Position numbers and translations under genes: made by a program. From IMG/VR virus record IMGVR_UViG_3300020042_006769, positions 1-39,575 of that record: a stretch of 39,575 nucleotides of DNA, one strand, 5' to 3'. This DNA is from a virus (taxonomy: Duplodnaviria > Caudoviricetes). Shown here piece after piece: positions 17,227 to 26,703 of the stretch. A model generated the notes under the pieces. It saw only the letters and a list, made by a program, of their open reading frames with translations. It had not been told where the DNA came from and ran no database searches. The first letter of the stretch is position 1; the number at the start of each line of letters is the position of its first letter.

Positions 17227-17516
17227 ACCAACGCCCTCAAAATCCAGCCCGCGAAAAACGCCACGCCGACCGAAACGATCAATAGCGATGCCGAGATGCC
17301 TGTGTCCGTTTCCACGATGCATGGCTCAAAACGATTGGCAAATTCTTTAAGCAGTGACCATTCGCCGGAGATGCGTCGAATCATCACCTCTGCCAGAGAT
17401 TGGTCGAAACCAGAATCAAAAAACACACGCTGCCAAATCTCGGCATTGGTTCGCTCGATGCCGAATTCATCTGCAAGTTGCAAGCGGAGACAGGTGATGT
17501 GTTGATGCGTTGTCAT
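17223..17516 (-). CDS. Hypothetical protein with C-terminal TM helix
   Basis: GISASLLIVSVGVAFFAGWILRALV; GGGAGA RBS. Confidence 0.6.
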   Translation of the reverse strand: MTTHQHITCLRLQLADEFGIERTNAEIWQRVFFDSGFDQSLAEVMIRRISGEWSLLKEFANRFEPCIVETDTGISASLLIVSVGVAFFAGWILRALV

Positions 17517-17778
17517 GGTTTCTCCCTACATCCAATTTGGCCGCTTCTGCGGCAGTGTCTTTGATTTCCTCTTGTCGATCTCTGACGATTGATCTCGACT
17601 TTGAGATGCCGGTAAAAAAAGCTGATTCGAGCTGTGTCTGGATCATTTCGAAGAATTGCGTCCGGTACTGCTCATGCACCAGGTGTTTAAAGTTTTCCAG
17701 CGAAACAATCAAATCCTTTGAGCATTCACTTGCTTCATGCTCCAGTCGTTCTTCCATCGTTTGCGTTCGTGATTCCAT
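17467..17778 (-). CDS. Hypothetical protein
   Basis: GGAGG RBS before ATG 17778. Confidence 0.6.
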   Translation of the reverse strand: MESRTQTMEERLEHEASECSKDLIVSLENFKHLVHEQYRTQFFEMIQTQLESAFFTGISKSRSIVRDRQEEIKDTAAEAAKLDVGRNHDNASTHHLSPLATCR

Positions 17779-17780
17779 AA

Positions 17781-17867
17781 CTACCTCCAACTAAACCAAA
17801 TTGTGAATAACCAAAAACCAAGTCCGATAAAAAACAACCTGTCGACGATTGCCCAAAAGAGAGTCAT
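17781..17867 (-). CDS. 28-aa hydrophobic peptide
   Basis: Not in the ORF track. MTLFWAIVDRLFFIGLGFWLFTIWFSWR*; ATGA coupling; fills the intergenic gap exactly. Confidence 0.5.
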   Translation of the reverse strand: MTLFWAIVDRLFFIGLGFWLFTIWFSWR

Positions 17868-18196
17868 TCCCTCACCTCGCGAAGATGGGCTATGCGAAAT
17901 CCATTGCGCTCATTATCTCGAACCTGTTCCGCTGTTTTCTGGTCGTGGTACGAGGCGTACCAGCTACCTTCAGGTGTAACAACAGCCCACCGCTCAATCA
18001 GCGGGACGACTTCGATGAGGTCGCATTCAGTTTTCCCGTTTTTCGAATATGAGCCGTCAGGTAACCAACAAAAAACATTCCATGATTCATCACAAGCGAC
18101 CGATCCATGCACTGGACGACTGCCGCCAGCATCCGTCGCATAAATCCTCACCTCCCTACCATCGCGTGTCCGGTAAGTTTTGTTCTTGTCGATCAT
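17864..18196 (-). CDS. Conserved phage hypothetical protein
   Basis: YRTRDGREVRIYATD...W..DG......DL pattern. Confidence 0.7.
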   Translation of the reverse strand: MIDKNKTYRTRDGREVRIYATDAGGSRPVHGSVACDESWNVFCWLPDGSYSKNGKTECDLIEVVPLIERWAVVTPEGSWYASYHDQKTAEQVRDNERNGFRIAHLREVRE

Positions 18197-18528
18197 TCTG
18201 GCAACCTCCAATGCTTCCAAACGCAATCATGCTTCTCGCGGGTAATGCCGTCATAAGCAAATACCCCCCCATCTGATGCCCACAGAGAAAATCGCCTTAG
18301 GAACCACATGCTCTTGTCATCACTAACCTCAATGATCTGGCCCTTCTTCAGTTCTGGTTTTGGCTTGATGCGGTATTTGTGAGTCGCCCAGTGCCATAGT
18401 GGAGTTTTGTTATCGCACCAATACTCATACTTAACCTCGCTGCTTTCAATGTTTATGCACTTCCCTTCTGCGTCATACTCAGCATCCAGCATCACTTGCG
18501 CTGCGGCCTTTGTTTCTTCAGGTGTCAT
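18193..18528 (-). CDS. Conserved phage hypothetical protein
   Basis: P.W.W....YRIKP pattern. Confidence 0.7.
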   Translation of the reverse strand: MTPEETKAAAQVMLDAEYDAEGKCINIESSEVKYEYWCDNKTPLWHWATHKYRIKPKPELKKGQIIEVSDDKSMWFLRRFSLWASDGGVFAYDGITREKHDCVWKHWRLPE

Positions 18529-18905
18529 TTTTCCTCCTTCATGTTATTTATTTCTTCTGAAGCACTAAGAAATACCCAAACTTCTTGACAGTCTTGAACA
18601 ATCTCTTGTGAAATTGCTACATGTTGCCCAAAACTAGCATATTGCTCGGCGTACTCTTCTGGAGTCATCTTCCGCCACACGCGAATATTCATATCACTGT
18701 TCGCAGCATAAATTTGATTGTGCAAATGCTCCACTTGTCTCTCAAGATTCACAACTAGACGGCGATCAGCGACATGTGAAAATTGCCACTCTCTCATTCC
18801 TGCTTTCTCAAAAAACATAAACAGTGTCTCTGCAGCCGAGTGGACTTCAGGCGGTATCTCAACGAACGGGATATACTGCGAATAATGTTTGTCGTTTTCA
18901 AGCAT
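18525..18905 (-). CDS. Hypothetical protein
   Basis: ORF coupled to the downstream gene (ATGA). Confidence 0.55.
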   Translation of the reverse strand: MLENDKHYSQYIPFVEIPPEVHSAAETLFMFFEKAGMREWQFSHVADRRLVVNLERQVEHLHNQIYAANSDMNIRVWRKMTPEEYAEQYASFGQHVAISQEIVQDCQEVWVFLSASEEINNMKEEK

Positions 18906-19057
18906 AGGCTGTAGTGTTATTCACTCCGCTTGTACTTCGCTTTGTGTGCGTGTCGCTGTCCACGCCGCCGATCTATAAAATGCCGGTTATGTGTGTCCGG
19001 CGTTCGGAGTCTCACCGAACCATCTATCCGTTAATGGCGTTTGCATCCCATTTGAAA

Positions 19058-19153
19058 GATCGGGCCTGATTCGAACAGACTGCGACTGTCTACCTAAAGC
19101 CGTCGCTGGCATTAGAAATGGTAGCCCCTCGCGTTTCCCACACGCCGCCGATC
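19058..19153 (-). ncRNA. tRNA-like element without a convincing anticodon arm
   Basis: GATCGG/CCGATC acceptor-like stem; GCGT..ACGC D-like arm; GCGAC/GTCGC arm; GTCTG-TTCGAAT-CAGGC T arm. Confidence 0.55.
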
Positions 19154-19157
19154 AAAA

Positions 19158-19316
19158 CTACTTCCCCTTCTCTGATTCTCGAAACGCTTTCACCATATCT
19201 AATACAGCATCAGCTCTAGCTGCAATAGCGTCACGCATCGTGCCGTCGAAATTGTTTGCAACCGCAATAAGACTGTCCACGTAATCTCTTATCCACTCTT
19301 GGGGTATTGGTGTCAT
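19158..19316 (-). CDS. 52-aa hypothetical protein
   Basis: Not in the ORF track. MTPIPQEWIRDYVDSLIAVANNFDGTMRDAIAARADAVLDMVKAFRESEKGK*. Confidence 0.55.
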   Translation of the reverse strand: MTPIPQEWIRDYVDSLIAVANNFDGTMRDAIAARADAVLDMVKAFRESEKGK

Positions 19317-19502
19317 AGCACTTTCATTGTGTATTTCTTTTTCGTTTTCAATAAAATCGGCCTCTCACCGAACCGACCCTCTGGGCTGTCACGGATGCCA
19401 ACGCATTACGGTTCCGTTCCCTTCTTCAAACGTCGCTGGCCAACGCCCCAAAGCTAGTTCCGATTCGAATGGGGTAGCCTGTCAAGCGGAACAGGACATG
19501 GC

Positions 19503-19721
19503 CTAATACAAATTCCGATTTGCTCTTGCTTCCTGTGCCTCAATCAACTCCGTCCTAATCAACCCGCCATTGTGCAAGTGTTCAATCACCTGCCTCACCG
19601 TGATTCCGCATTCTTTTGCTATCTCGCTTACACGATAGCCAGCTCGTTTAAGGCGAATGCATTTCCTCAGTTCGCAATTTGGTGATAGTCGCTTGATCAT
19701 AAAAACACTTCCTTGATCCAA
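19503..19721 (-). CDS. HTH DNA-binding protein
   Basis: GYRVSEIAKECGITVRQV..HL. Confidence 0.65.
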   Translation of the reverse strand: MDQGSVFMIKRLSPNCELRKCIRLKRAGYRVSEIAKECGITVRQVIEHLHNGGLIRTELIEAQEARANRNLY

Positions 19722-19744
19722 CGTTTTCCGATAGCGTCGTGCTG

Positions 19745-19969
19745 TTAAGTTCCGTTCCGCGTCCTTAGTTTCCTGTTAAACAATCTTCGGATCACATACT
19801 GCCTAGCGAGCGATATCGCCGTGAACCATAGTCCGATTGTTAGGTTCTGTTTCAAACTGGCTTCAACTCCGACGATTGGAAACACGATCAACTGTGAGGC
19901 TATTGCAATCGTGTAGCCGATGGAGATGTTCCAAATGGATTCGATTAGTGATTCGGTTCTAGTTTGCAA
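19745..19969 (-). CDS. Small two-TM protein of the type often found beside phage MTases
   Basis: QTR..SLIES..NI.IGY.IA...Q...FP ... R.Y.IRR.FN; TTG start with GAGG RBS. Confidence 0.7.
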   Translation of the reverse strand: MQTRTESLIESIWNISIGYTIAIASQLIVFPIVGVEASLKQNLTIGLWFTAISLARQYVIRRLFNRKLRTRNGT

Positions 19970-20984
19970 TTGCGTCCTCGTCTGCAAAGTTGCAATCTGA
20001 ATCGCTTTGTTCTGATAATGAAAACAGAGATTTCGAAGCAAACTCTTTTTCAGCGTTGTCCAAGAATCTGCAAGCGTGATTGAAGTACGATTCCTTTAGC
20101 TCGATGCCGATAAACCGCCTGCCTGCTCGCAATGCTCCTACGCCTTCCGATCCGACCCCGGCAAACGGCGAAAAAACCACATCTCCAAAGTCGCTCCAAA
20201 TGTGTACCGCTCGCTCAATCAATCCCAATTGCAACGGGCAGATGTGTTTTTCATCGCCGTCACCTGTAGCCAGCTTGAAATTTAGAACGTCCGTTTGGCT
20301 TATATCCCACCAGACCGGATCTGCGTAGCGTTGCCAAATCGAGATACTACCGCGATTGCTGCCACGCCTTGCAAACTTTGACGGATGCGAGTTGTCAACT
20401 CGAGGATCTTGCAAGCCGACATACCGATTAAATCCTTCCGGTCTGACTATTGGCTTATCGCTCATGAGCCCATCTTTTGGCGGCTTTCGAAAGAGCAGTA
20501 GATAATCTGCCATGCCTTGACGGACTTGCGACGTGTCCCGCCGAACGGTCTTGTGAAGCAGTCCGTTGTTATTCGTTCGCTCTCGTTCGACAACAGGACA
20601 CTTCCAGATCGTGACGCGTGAATGATAAACCCAACCTGCAGCTTCGAATTCTGAAATGCACATGCCAGGGAAGTCGATCAATCCAGTCGTGCCGTACACA
20701 TTCGCGTATCGTGGCAAGTCCTTGCAATGAACCGCAACCAGACGCCCCGGAATAGTCGCCCGCAACATCTCAGCGATAGCGAATTGGTAGTGCTGGAAGA
20801 ATTCAGCATCGCTCGCACAATTGCCCATGTCATGCTCTGAATCGGAATAGATATACAGGCTAGAAAATGGCGGAGAGTGAATTCCGAATCCAATCGTATC
20901 GTCTGGAATTCCCTTTAAAACTTCGCAACAATCTCCGTTGTAAAGAGTCCAGTTTTCGCCGCTTGCTTGATTGATTACTTCCAT
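19959..20984 (-). CDS. N4/N6 DNA methyltransferase (beta class)
   Basis: SPPF catalytic motif precedes the H.CP and FSPFAGVGS SAM-binding motifs; GIELK. Confidence 0.9.
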   Translation of the reverse strand: MEVINQASGENWTLYNGDCCEVLKGIPDDTIGFGIHSPPFSSLYIYSDSEHDMGNCASDAEFFQHYQFAIAEMLRATIPGRLVAVHCKDLPRYANVYGTTGLIDFPGMCISEFEAAGWVYHSRVTIWKCPVVERERTNNNGLLHKTVRRDTSQVRQGMADYLLLFRKPPKDGLMSDKPIVRPEGFNRYVGLQDPRVDNSHPSKFARRGSNRGSISIWQRYADPVWWDISQTDVLNFKLATGDGDEKHICPLQLGLIERAVHIWSDFGDVVFSPFAGVGSEGVGALRAGRRFIGIELKESYFNHACRFLDNAEKEFASKSLFSLSEQSDSDCNFADEDAIAN

Positions 20985-22351
20985 CTTGGCAACCTCATTT
21001 CCATTTGTGGTTTGTATGTTTCTCGCATCAACTCGTTTTTAATTTGCAATCCGTCAACCGCTTCGACCATTCCACGCTGCATCTGAGAGAACTTGCCCTG
21101 CTTTTCAAGAATCGCTTTCCGTAGTGCCGATTCTCCGTCGCTCTCGACGATGTGAACCTCAACCGATTTAGTTTGACCAAATCTCCAACAGCGTCGAACG
21201 GCCTGATAGTATTGCTCAAATGAGTATGACAAGCCGACAAACGCCATCTTGTTGCAGTGCTGCCAATTGAGCCCAAACCCTGCAACGGTCGGTTTAGTAA
21301 TCAGGTGCTTAAACTCTCCTGTTGAGAATCCGTTTAGCAGTTTTGCCTTCTTCGCATCGCTATCATTTCCGCGAACCTCGATAGCCTCAGGCAAGAATTG
21401 ACACAAAGCGTCAGCTTCGTAGTTCGTGTCACACCAGACAATCCAAGGCTCTTTCGTAATTATCTCAGCCACCTTTGCCGCTCGCAGTTCCGACGTAGCT
21501 CGCTTTTGTTGATGCACGTTAGTTGCGGACAGGGAAAAGTTGTTAAAAAGGAATCCTGGCATCGTGGGCGTCAAATCGTCATCAACAACGTGTACCGTTT
21601 CAATCAGTTCAGGCAGATTAAACCCTTCATCCGACCCGCCGATGTCGCTTGGCTTCGAAACGCAAACTGACCAACTCGCCATCCATTCCCAAAAGTCCCG
21701 CTGTGCGTGTCCCTTGAGCCGATATCCACCGGCTTTCATCGTGTCATTAACGAACCATCTGGATAACATTTCATTGGATGGCATGACTCCAAGGAAGTCT
21801 GCGTGATTGCCTAATTCCATGTAGTCGTTCGGAGCTGGTGTTGCCGTACATGCCAAACGATAGTCGCATCGTTCCCATGCTTCACAAAGCTGACGTTTAA
21901 TCTTGCCGGTAAAGTTTTTAAGAACCGACGATTCATCCAGCACAACACCGCCGAAAACAGAAAGATCGAACTTGTGAATCTTCTCGTAGTTGATAATGCA
22001 GATTGCTCCGTCGATCACATCATCTTGCGAATCACAAACAACAACCTTGATATGATTGGTTATTCCAAACTTAACCGCTTCACTTAATGTTTGCTCGCGA
22101 ACCCCAACCGGACAATGCAAGAGTACGGGCTTGCCTGTTTTCAAAATGACATGCAACGCCCAAGTAAGTTGCATTAAAGTCTTTCCAAGTCCGCATTCGG
22201 CAAAGATAGCCGCTCTGCCACGCTGCAATGCCCATCGGACAATCGTTCCCTGCCAGTCAAACAAATAGCCGATCAGTAGATCCTCAACCGTAAATCCAAA
22301 CGCTTTGGGTCTGCGTACTTTTGAGCGAATGAAGTCCTGATAGCTACTCAT
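20975..22351 (-). CDS. SNF2-like helicase
   Basis: CGLGKT, NYE, LDES, TATPAPN, GFGLNWQ, QAVRRCWRFGQ. Confidence 0.9.
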   Translation of the reverse strand: MSSYQDFIRSKVRRPKAFGFTVEDLLIGYLFDWQGTIVRWALQRGRAAIFAECGLGKTLMQLTWALHVILKTGKPVLLHCPVGVREQTLSEAVKFGITNHIKVVVCDSQDDVIDGAICIINYEKIHKFDLSVFGGVVLDESSVLKNFTGKIKRQLCEAWERCDYRLACTATPAPNDYMELGNHADFLGVMPSNEMLSRWFVNDTMKAGGYRLKGHAQRDFWEWMASWSVCVSKPSDIGGSDEGFNLPELIETVHVVDDDLTPTMPGFLFNNFSLSATNVHQQKRATSELRAAKVAEIITKEPWIVWCDTNYEADALCQFLPEAIEVRGNDSDAKKAKLLNGFSTGEFKHLITKPTVAGFGLNWQHCNKMAFVGLSYSFEQYYQAVRRCWRFGQTKSVEVHIVESDGESALRKAILEKQGKFSQMQRGMVEAVDGLQIKNELMRETYKPQMEMRLPRWK

Positions 22352-22533
22352 ACGGCACCTCGCAACTCATTAACTCGCTGATTCAAAACTACTGTATCAC
22401 GAATCATTTGCACAATTAGAAGCGATTCACCATGCGTTGAATGTTGCAATGCTTCTTGCAATGCACTGACCGCAAAGCCTAAACTGTGATCGGCTTTTGT
22501 AAGTTTCTCTTTAACTATTTCTTCGCGTGTCAT
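22348..22533 (-). CDS. Hypothetical protein
   Basis: Coupled to neighbours at both ends. Confidence 0.55.
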   Translation of the reverse strand: MTREEIVKEKLTKADHSLGFAVSALQEALQHSTHGESLLIVQMIRDTVVLNQRVNELRGAV

Positions 22534-22718
22534 CGTTTCTTCCCTCTTGCCTTTCCAGTTCTCGGCCTTGCAATGTCGGCAATCCGCTTTTGATCGCTGA
22601 TTGTGTAAACTCGTTGTTGCCGATTGAGCAAGATGCCAAGTTTGTTTTCTCTGGCCAATCGGTTAACTGTTTGTTCCGTGATGCCGAGAGCGAGAGCGAT
22701 TTGTTTTGATGTTAGCAT
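22530..22718 (-). CDS. Excisionase/MerR-like HTH protein
   Basis: MLTSKQIA..LGIT..TV.RL....LG pattern. Confidence 0.7.
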   Translation of the reverse strand: MLTSKQIALALGITEQTVNRLARENKLGILLNRQQRVYTISDQKRIADIARPRTGKARGKKR

Positions 22719-22722
22719 GTGA

Positions 22723-23124
22723 CTACAAATCGCCTCTTAATCGCTTTGCTTCGTGATGGTGTTGTTTTAATCGGTATGAAACGTAATAGGTTTTCATAGA
22801 GTAGCCTCCATCTCTTGCACCTTGATTTCCTGCGGTTGACCGATAAAGAATTCCGTTCTCCCACATTTTGCGAAGTGTTCTTGCGAAATCTGGTGACACA
22901 TGATTTCCCATTAGGTAATAAATTCTTTGCCCACCAAATTCTTTATGCCACGCTTCTTCGTCATCAACGTCGCTGCTTGAGATGTCTGGAGGGTAGTGTC
23001 CAGAAATGGTTGTTCTTAAAATTCTCTGCCATTCATTTTCCAGTCGATCAAGAATCCAATTTTGCTTTTCCTGAAACGATCTGCGTTTTCGCCGGGCACC
23101 CCCCGGCTTTGCTTTCACATCCAT
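22723..23124 (-). CDS. Hypothetical protein, possible winged helix
   Basis: Start reassigned to MDVKAK; L..MW..GIL.R pattern. Confidence 0.55.
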   Translation of the reverse strand: MDVKAKPGGARRKRRSFQEKQNWILDRLENEWQRILRTTISGHYPPDISSSDVDDEEAWHKEFGGQRIYYLMGNHVSPDFARTLRKMWENGILYRSTAGNQGARDGGYSMKTYYVSYRLKQHHHEAKRLRGDL

Positions 23125-23126
23125 TC

Positions 23127-23315
23127 TTAGCCTCTCAGAACTTGCAATGCTAGTTGCGGCATTTTGTATGGTGCTAGCCAAACGGTATCCATCCACCATC
23201 CGCTTTTTGTTTCGCCTTGTTCAGTCTCTTTCTTCTCGTGAGTTGCTCCTGCTTCAATCAGTTGTTCAATTGCTTCGTTGTTTCGTTTTGTTTCGCTTGT
23301 TAATGTTGTCGTCAT
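23127..23315 (-). CDS. Hypothetical protein, first gene of the DNA-metabolism operon
   Basis: AAGGG RBS; follows the AT-rich gap. Confidence 0.6.
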   Translation of the reverse strand: MTTTLTSETKRNNEAIEQLIEAGATHEKKETEQGETKSGWWMDTVWLAPYKMPQLALQVLRG

Positions 23316-23502
23316 CGTTTTACCCTTTGTTTGATTGTTTTGTTTTCCGCTTGTGTCCTTTAATTATAATCATCTATTCGACTTCGAACACTACCAATAT
23401 AAGAAAATTTCCAAAAATTCCGAAAATAGCCAAAACGCCCGCTTTTTATGGGGTTTTTAGATACGATAGCAAGCGGTTTTTATGCTCGCCAAACCGTCCT
23501 TG
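23316..23502 (-). promoter_or_regulatory. AT-rich intergenic region, likely early-operon promoter
   Basis: Only long non-coding gap between the structural and replication modules; exact promoter boxes not resolved. Confidence 0.4.
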
Positions 23503-23712
23503 CTACTCATTGAATAGATCGCACTTCTTGCAATAGTCGATCCCTTGCCCGTTTGGGCTGATCGTTACTCGCTTTTCAAAGTGCTTGCAATGATAGACCG
23601 CAACTTGCTTGCCGCGAGATCCGCAGGACTTGCAAGTTATGGTGTCAACATGTTCGCCGCGATGCTCGCAATCCAAAATAGATTTGAGCCATTGCGATTG
23701 CTGCTTGGACAT
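23503..23712 (-). CDS. Cys-rich small protein
   Basis: TAATG coupling; CEHRG..CKSC..C..CKKC. Confidence 0.65.
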   Translation of the reverse strand: MSKQQSQWLKSILDCEHRGEHVDTITCKSCGSRGKQVAVYHCKHFEKRVTISPNGQGIDYCKKCDLFNE

Positions 23713-25064
23713 TAGTAGGTGTAGATATATATTGCACCCGCTCCGCCAACTCCACCAGCTCCGCCGAGTCCAGGATTGTGACCGCACCCGCCACCACCTC
23801 CACCGCCGCCATGTGAGCCACCAGCACCGCCTACCGCTCCTGCTGTCGATGCCGCAACGGTTGAGCCACCGCCACCTCCACCAGAACCGCCCCTAGTCGA
23901 ATTGCCTGCTGCACCTGCTGTGCCTACTGTTGGGACTGCTCCCGATGTTCCAGCCGCACCACCACCACCAGCTACAAACGCATTCGACTGTCCGCCCGCT
24001 GATGGTTGAGTAACCGCAGGCCCAGCGGTTATTTTTCCGCCACCATCACCACCGCCACCGCCGCCATAACGCGATGAGCCACCGACGCAACTTGCGGGGG
24101 TCGCAGTATGTCCGCCACCGCCACCACCGCCAAAATATCCGTTGTGGGTTGTGATAACCGTGATTGGCCCGCCTGCTCCTGCCATTGAAGGGTTTGCAAC
24201 CGTGATCGCTGAAGTACCAGGCCCGCCACCGACCCCGAATGCCGTAGTCCCTGTGGCACCTGCTGCGGCACAACCTCCACCGCCGCCTCCCCCGCCGGCC
24301 GCACCTGAGTTTGCACCACCTCGACCTCCGCCACCGCCACCGGCAATCAGTAGCGTTGATCCAAAGGTTGTATTGCCACCGATGCCACCATCTCCACCAG
24401 ACGCACCTGCCGCACCTGGCGCACCTGCAAGACCGCCAGCACCAACGGAAAATGCAACGGTACTGCTCAGATCAGCCGCTGCGAAAATCATCCGCGAACA
24501 TGCACCACCACCGCCTCCTGCACCACCGCAGGAGACAGTAACCAATGACGCACCAGCACCACCTCCGCCACCTGCTCCCCATGCAACCACCTCGACGAAT
24601 TTTGGCGTGAATGATGTTGGTTTAGTCCAAGTACCTGCACCCGCTGTTGTTTGCGATTGAACGTCGGATGCAGTTAATCCGCTGGTGACTGGTGTGCCTG
24701 ATGTGTTGTAAATTGTCCAGCCTTTTTCGCTGGTGTACTCGACCCGTTCATTTGCTCCGATGTTCGCTTTGTATACAAGCGATTCAGCCGGATAGCCTGA
24801 TTGCGTCGTGATAAAATAAAACGAAATGCTGATTGTGGCGGAACTCTCATTGACTGCGGAAATGTAGTCAACAATCCTTTGCTGTCCTGTTGTTGCCGAG
24901 TCAATCAGCACAACCTTTGAAGTGCTATTCACCAACGCCACCGATCGGACTGGTGTATAACTTGGCGTTGCGGAAATGTCCCGGCAGGCTGCATGACAAG
25001 TGATATTGGTTATCGAATCGCCAGCTAAGGCAATCTTTAATTGATCGGTTTCTAGCAAAATCAT
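23712..25064 (-). CDS. Glycine-rich tail fibre-like protein
   Basis: GTWTKP...VEVVAWGAGGGGG...GG.T.FG Gly-rich domain. Confidence 0.8.
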   Translation of the reverse strand: MILLETDQLKIALAGDSITNITCHAACRDISATPSYTPVRSVALVNSTSKVVLIDSATTGQQRIVDYISAVNESSATISISFYFITTQSGYPAESLVYKANIGANERVEYTSEKGWTIYNTSGTPVTSGLTASDVQSQTTAGAGTWTKPTSFTPKFVEVVAWGAGGGGGAGASLVTVSCGGAGGGGGACSRMIFAAADLSSTVAFSVGAGGLAGAPGAAGASGGDGGIGGNTTFGSTLLIAGGGGGGRGGANSGAAGGGGGGGGCAAAGATGTTAFGVGGGPGTSAITVANPSMAGAGGPITVITTHNGYFGGGGGGGHTATPASCVGGSSRYGGGGGGDGGGKITAGPAVTQPSAGGQSNAFVAGGGGAAGTSGAVPTVGTAGAAGNSTRGGSGGGGGGSTVAASTAGAVGGAGGSHGGGGGGGGCGHNPGLGGAGGVGGAGAIYIYTY

Positions 25065-25067
25065 TGT

Positions 25068-25811
25068 TTATCTCTTATTAAAAATTCTGTTGTACATGCC
25101 GAGTCCGCCGTATTCAGGCCCAGTCCAGTAAATGTCGAGTTCTGATTCTTCGCCTTCTGCAACGCACACGCTGTAGTTGCAAAGCAACTGAGCTACCACA
25201 AGCCGCGTTGGAGTTGGTAGCGTGTTAGCCCATAACCAAACCGTTACGCCTCTCGTAGAACCAGCGAAATTACCAAGCGTGAGATTTGATAGCGGAATGT
25301 CAACGAATAACCAGTTGTAAGGATCGACTGTATAAGTAGTTGGAGTTCCGCCGATTGTCGTGATTTCTAAATACGGAGTAACCGATGGTGCGCTCGAAAA
25401 GTAATCGTCGAATGTCGCTTCGTGGTCGAACTGAACTCTGACATTTGGCGTGATCGGAAAAACGTCATCAGGACAAATGAATCTTGGCGTTTCGAATTCA
25501 GAACGGAATACGCACGTTATTGATGGATCGCCAGCACCTTTATACTCCTGCTCGTAAAGTGCATTTGGTGCGGGTGTTGTCGATGCTATTGGTGCAACTG
25601 GAATCGCTGCCCATGTTCCGCCAGCACCAACCCCAGCATACCCGACTCTAGTGATGTTCTGAGTTCCGCCAGGTACAGGCCACGTTGGAGTATGACATCC
25701 CGGTTCGCAACCAGCTTCGCAGCAAACGCAGGTAGCAGTTGTGCCATAGATTAGCTTTCCTCCTTGCGATAGGAAATTGCCGGTTGCCGAGTTGTAAATC
25801 AGTTTGGTCAT
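25068..25811 (-). CDS. Putative tail/structural protein with CxCC motif
   Basis: Located in the tail block; CVCCEAGCEPGC. Confidence 0.6.
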   Translation of the reverse strand: MTKLIYNSATGNFLSQGGKLIYGTTATCVCCEAGCEPGCHTPTWPVPGGTQNITRVGYAGVGAGGTWAAIPVAPIASTTPAPNALYEQEYKGAGDPSITCVFRSEFETPRFICPDDVFPITPNVRVQFDHEATFDDYFSSAPSVTPYLEITTIGGTPTTYTVDPYNWLFVDIPLSNLTLGNFAGSTRGVTVWLWANTLPTPTRLVVAQLLCNYSVCVAEGEESELDIYWTGPEYGGLGMYNRIFNKR

Positions 25812-26291
25812 TTACGCACATGGGTCAACGTCGATCAATTTCAAGCAACCGTCGCGGACAATTAGAACCTGATCGCCGGTTTCGAATGTGACGGTATCCA
25901 GTGTTGAAAACAACGCATCGCATTCTTCGAGCGAACCACCGCCGCCACCAACAATCGCAAACGCTCCATCACTATGATTCGTCACCATAATGTATCGGTC
26001 GCCAGTATCGCCCACGACTGATTCGGATAGGTTGTAAACCTGAAACGTCCGCGATGTGTCAACGGTTAGCACTCCAGTACTTGGATCAACCGTTATCGGA
26101 TTGCAGGTTGTGACCGATCCCAGCGTTGTCGTAACTCTTGCCGGTATGCCACCGACCGGAGCCCTTGCCAACCGAACACGGGAATACGAACTGTCACGAT
26201 AGCCCTTTGCACCAACAGACGAACCATTGCCGCTGTTTAGCAAACGGGCTAACGCTCTAGCCGATTTTTCCGTTATCTTGCCGGACGACAT
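25812..26291 (-). CDS. Putative tail protein
   Basis: Tail-block position; GGIPAR...V.N pattern. Confidence 0.6.
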   Translation of the reverse strand: MSSGKITEKSARALARLLNSGNGSSVGAKGYRDSSYSRVRLARAPVGGIPARVTTTLGSVTTCNPITVDPSTGVLTVDTSRTFQVYNLSESVVGDTGDRYIMVTNHSDGAFAIVGGGGGSLEECDALFSTLDTVTFETGDQVLIVRDGCLKLIDVDPCA

Positions 26292-26701
26292 TATGGATGC
26301 GTGATGCCAGTTGCACTGATTGCCAAGTCAAGTTGCGTTGTGGTTGCTGCCGTTCCAAGTCGTGTCACATACCAACCAGTTGTTACGTCTGCGTCTGGAT
26401 TGATCGCACCCGCTGTCGCACCGCAATAGTACGTCTCGCCCACCGCTGCGGTCGTACCCACGAGGATAATCGAACCGCTCGTTGCGATTATTCCGTAGCC
26501 AGTGTCAACTCCCGGAGTCATCGCAATACCACGAACGGTTGCGGTTGCTGCTGACAAGTTCGCGTCAGCAAGTTTGTATTTGCTGTCGGCAGAGTCCAGA
26601 TAAACTGGTTGCCCTGCTGCGATTGTTTCGCCGTAGACCACCTTGGCAAATTGTGTATTGCTGGTTGGTCGGACTGCTGTGATGCTGCTTAATGCTGCCA
26701 T
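26291..26701 (-). CDS. Small virion structural protein
   Basis: GETIAAGQPVY.....YKLADA...GIA pattern. Confidence 0.65.
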   Translation of the reverse strand: MAALSSITAVRPTSNTQFAKVVYGETIAAGQPVYLDSADSKYKLADANLSAATATVRGIAMTPGVDTGYGIIATSGSIILVGTTAAVGETYYCGATAGAINPDADVTTGWYVTRLGTAATTTQLDLAISATGITHP

Positions 26702-26703
26702 GT

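Noticed and set aside
19058-19153. Functional tRNA-Arg(TCT)
   Set aside because: The TTTCTAA loop lacks a proper 5-bp stem, the acceptor stem is only 6 bp, and there is no CCA.
22530-22718. Evidence for lysogeny from the excisionase-like HTH
   Set aside because: No integrase, repressor or att site is recognisable in the window.
24142-24660. Pro-rich plus-strand ORF and other plus-strand ORFs in the track
   Set aside because: Antisense shadows of Gly-rich or other real minus-strand genes.
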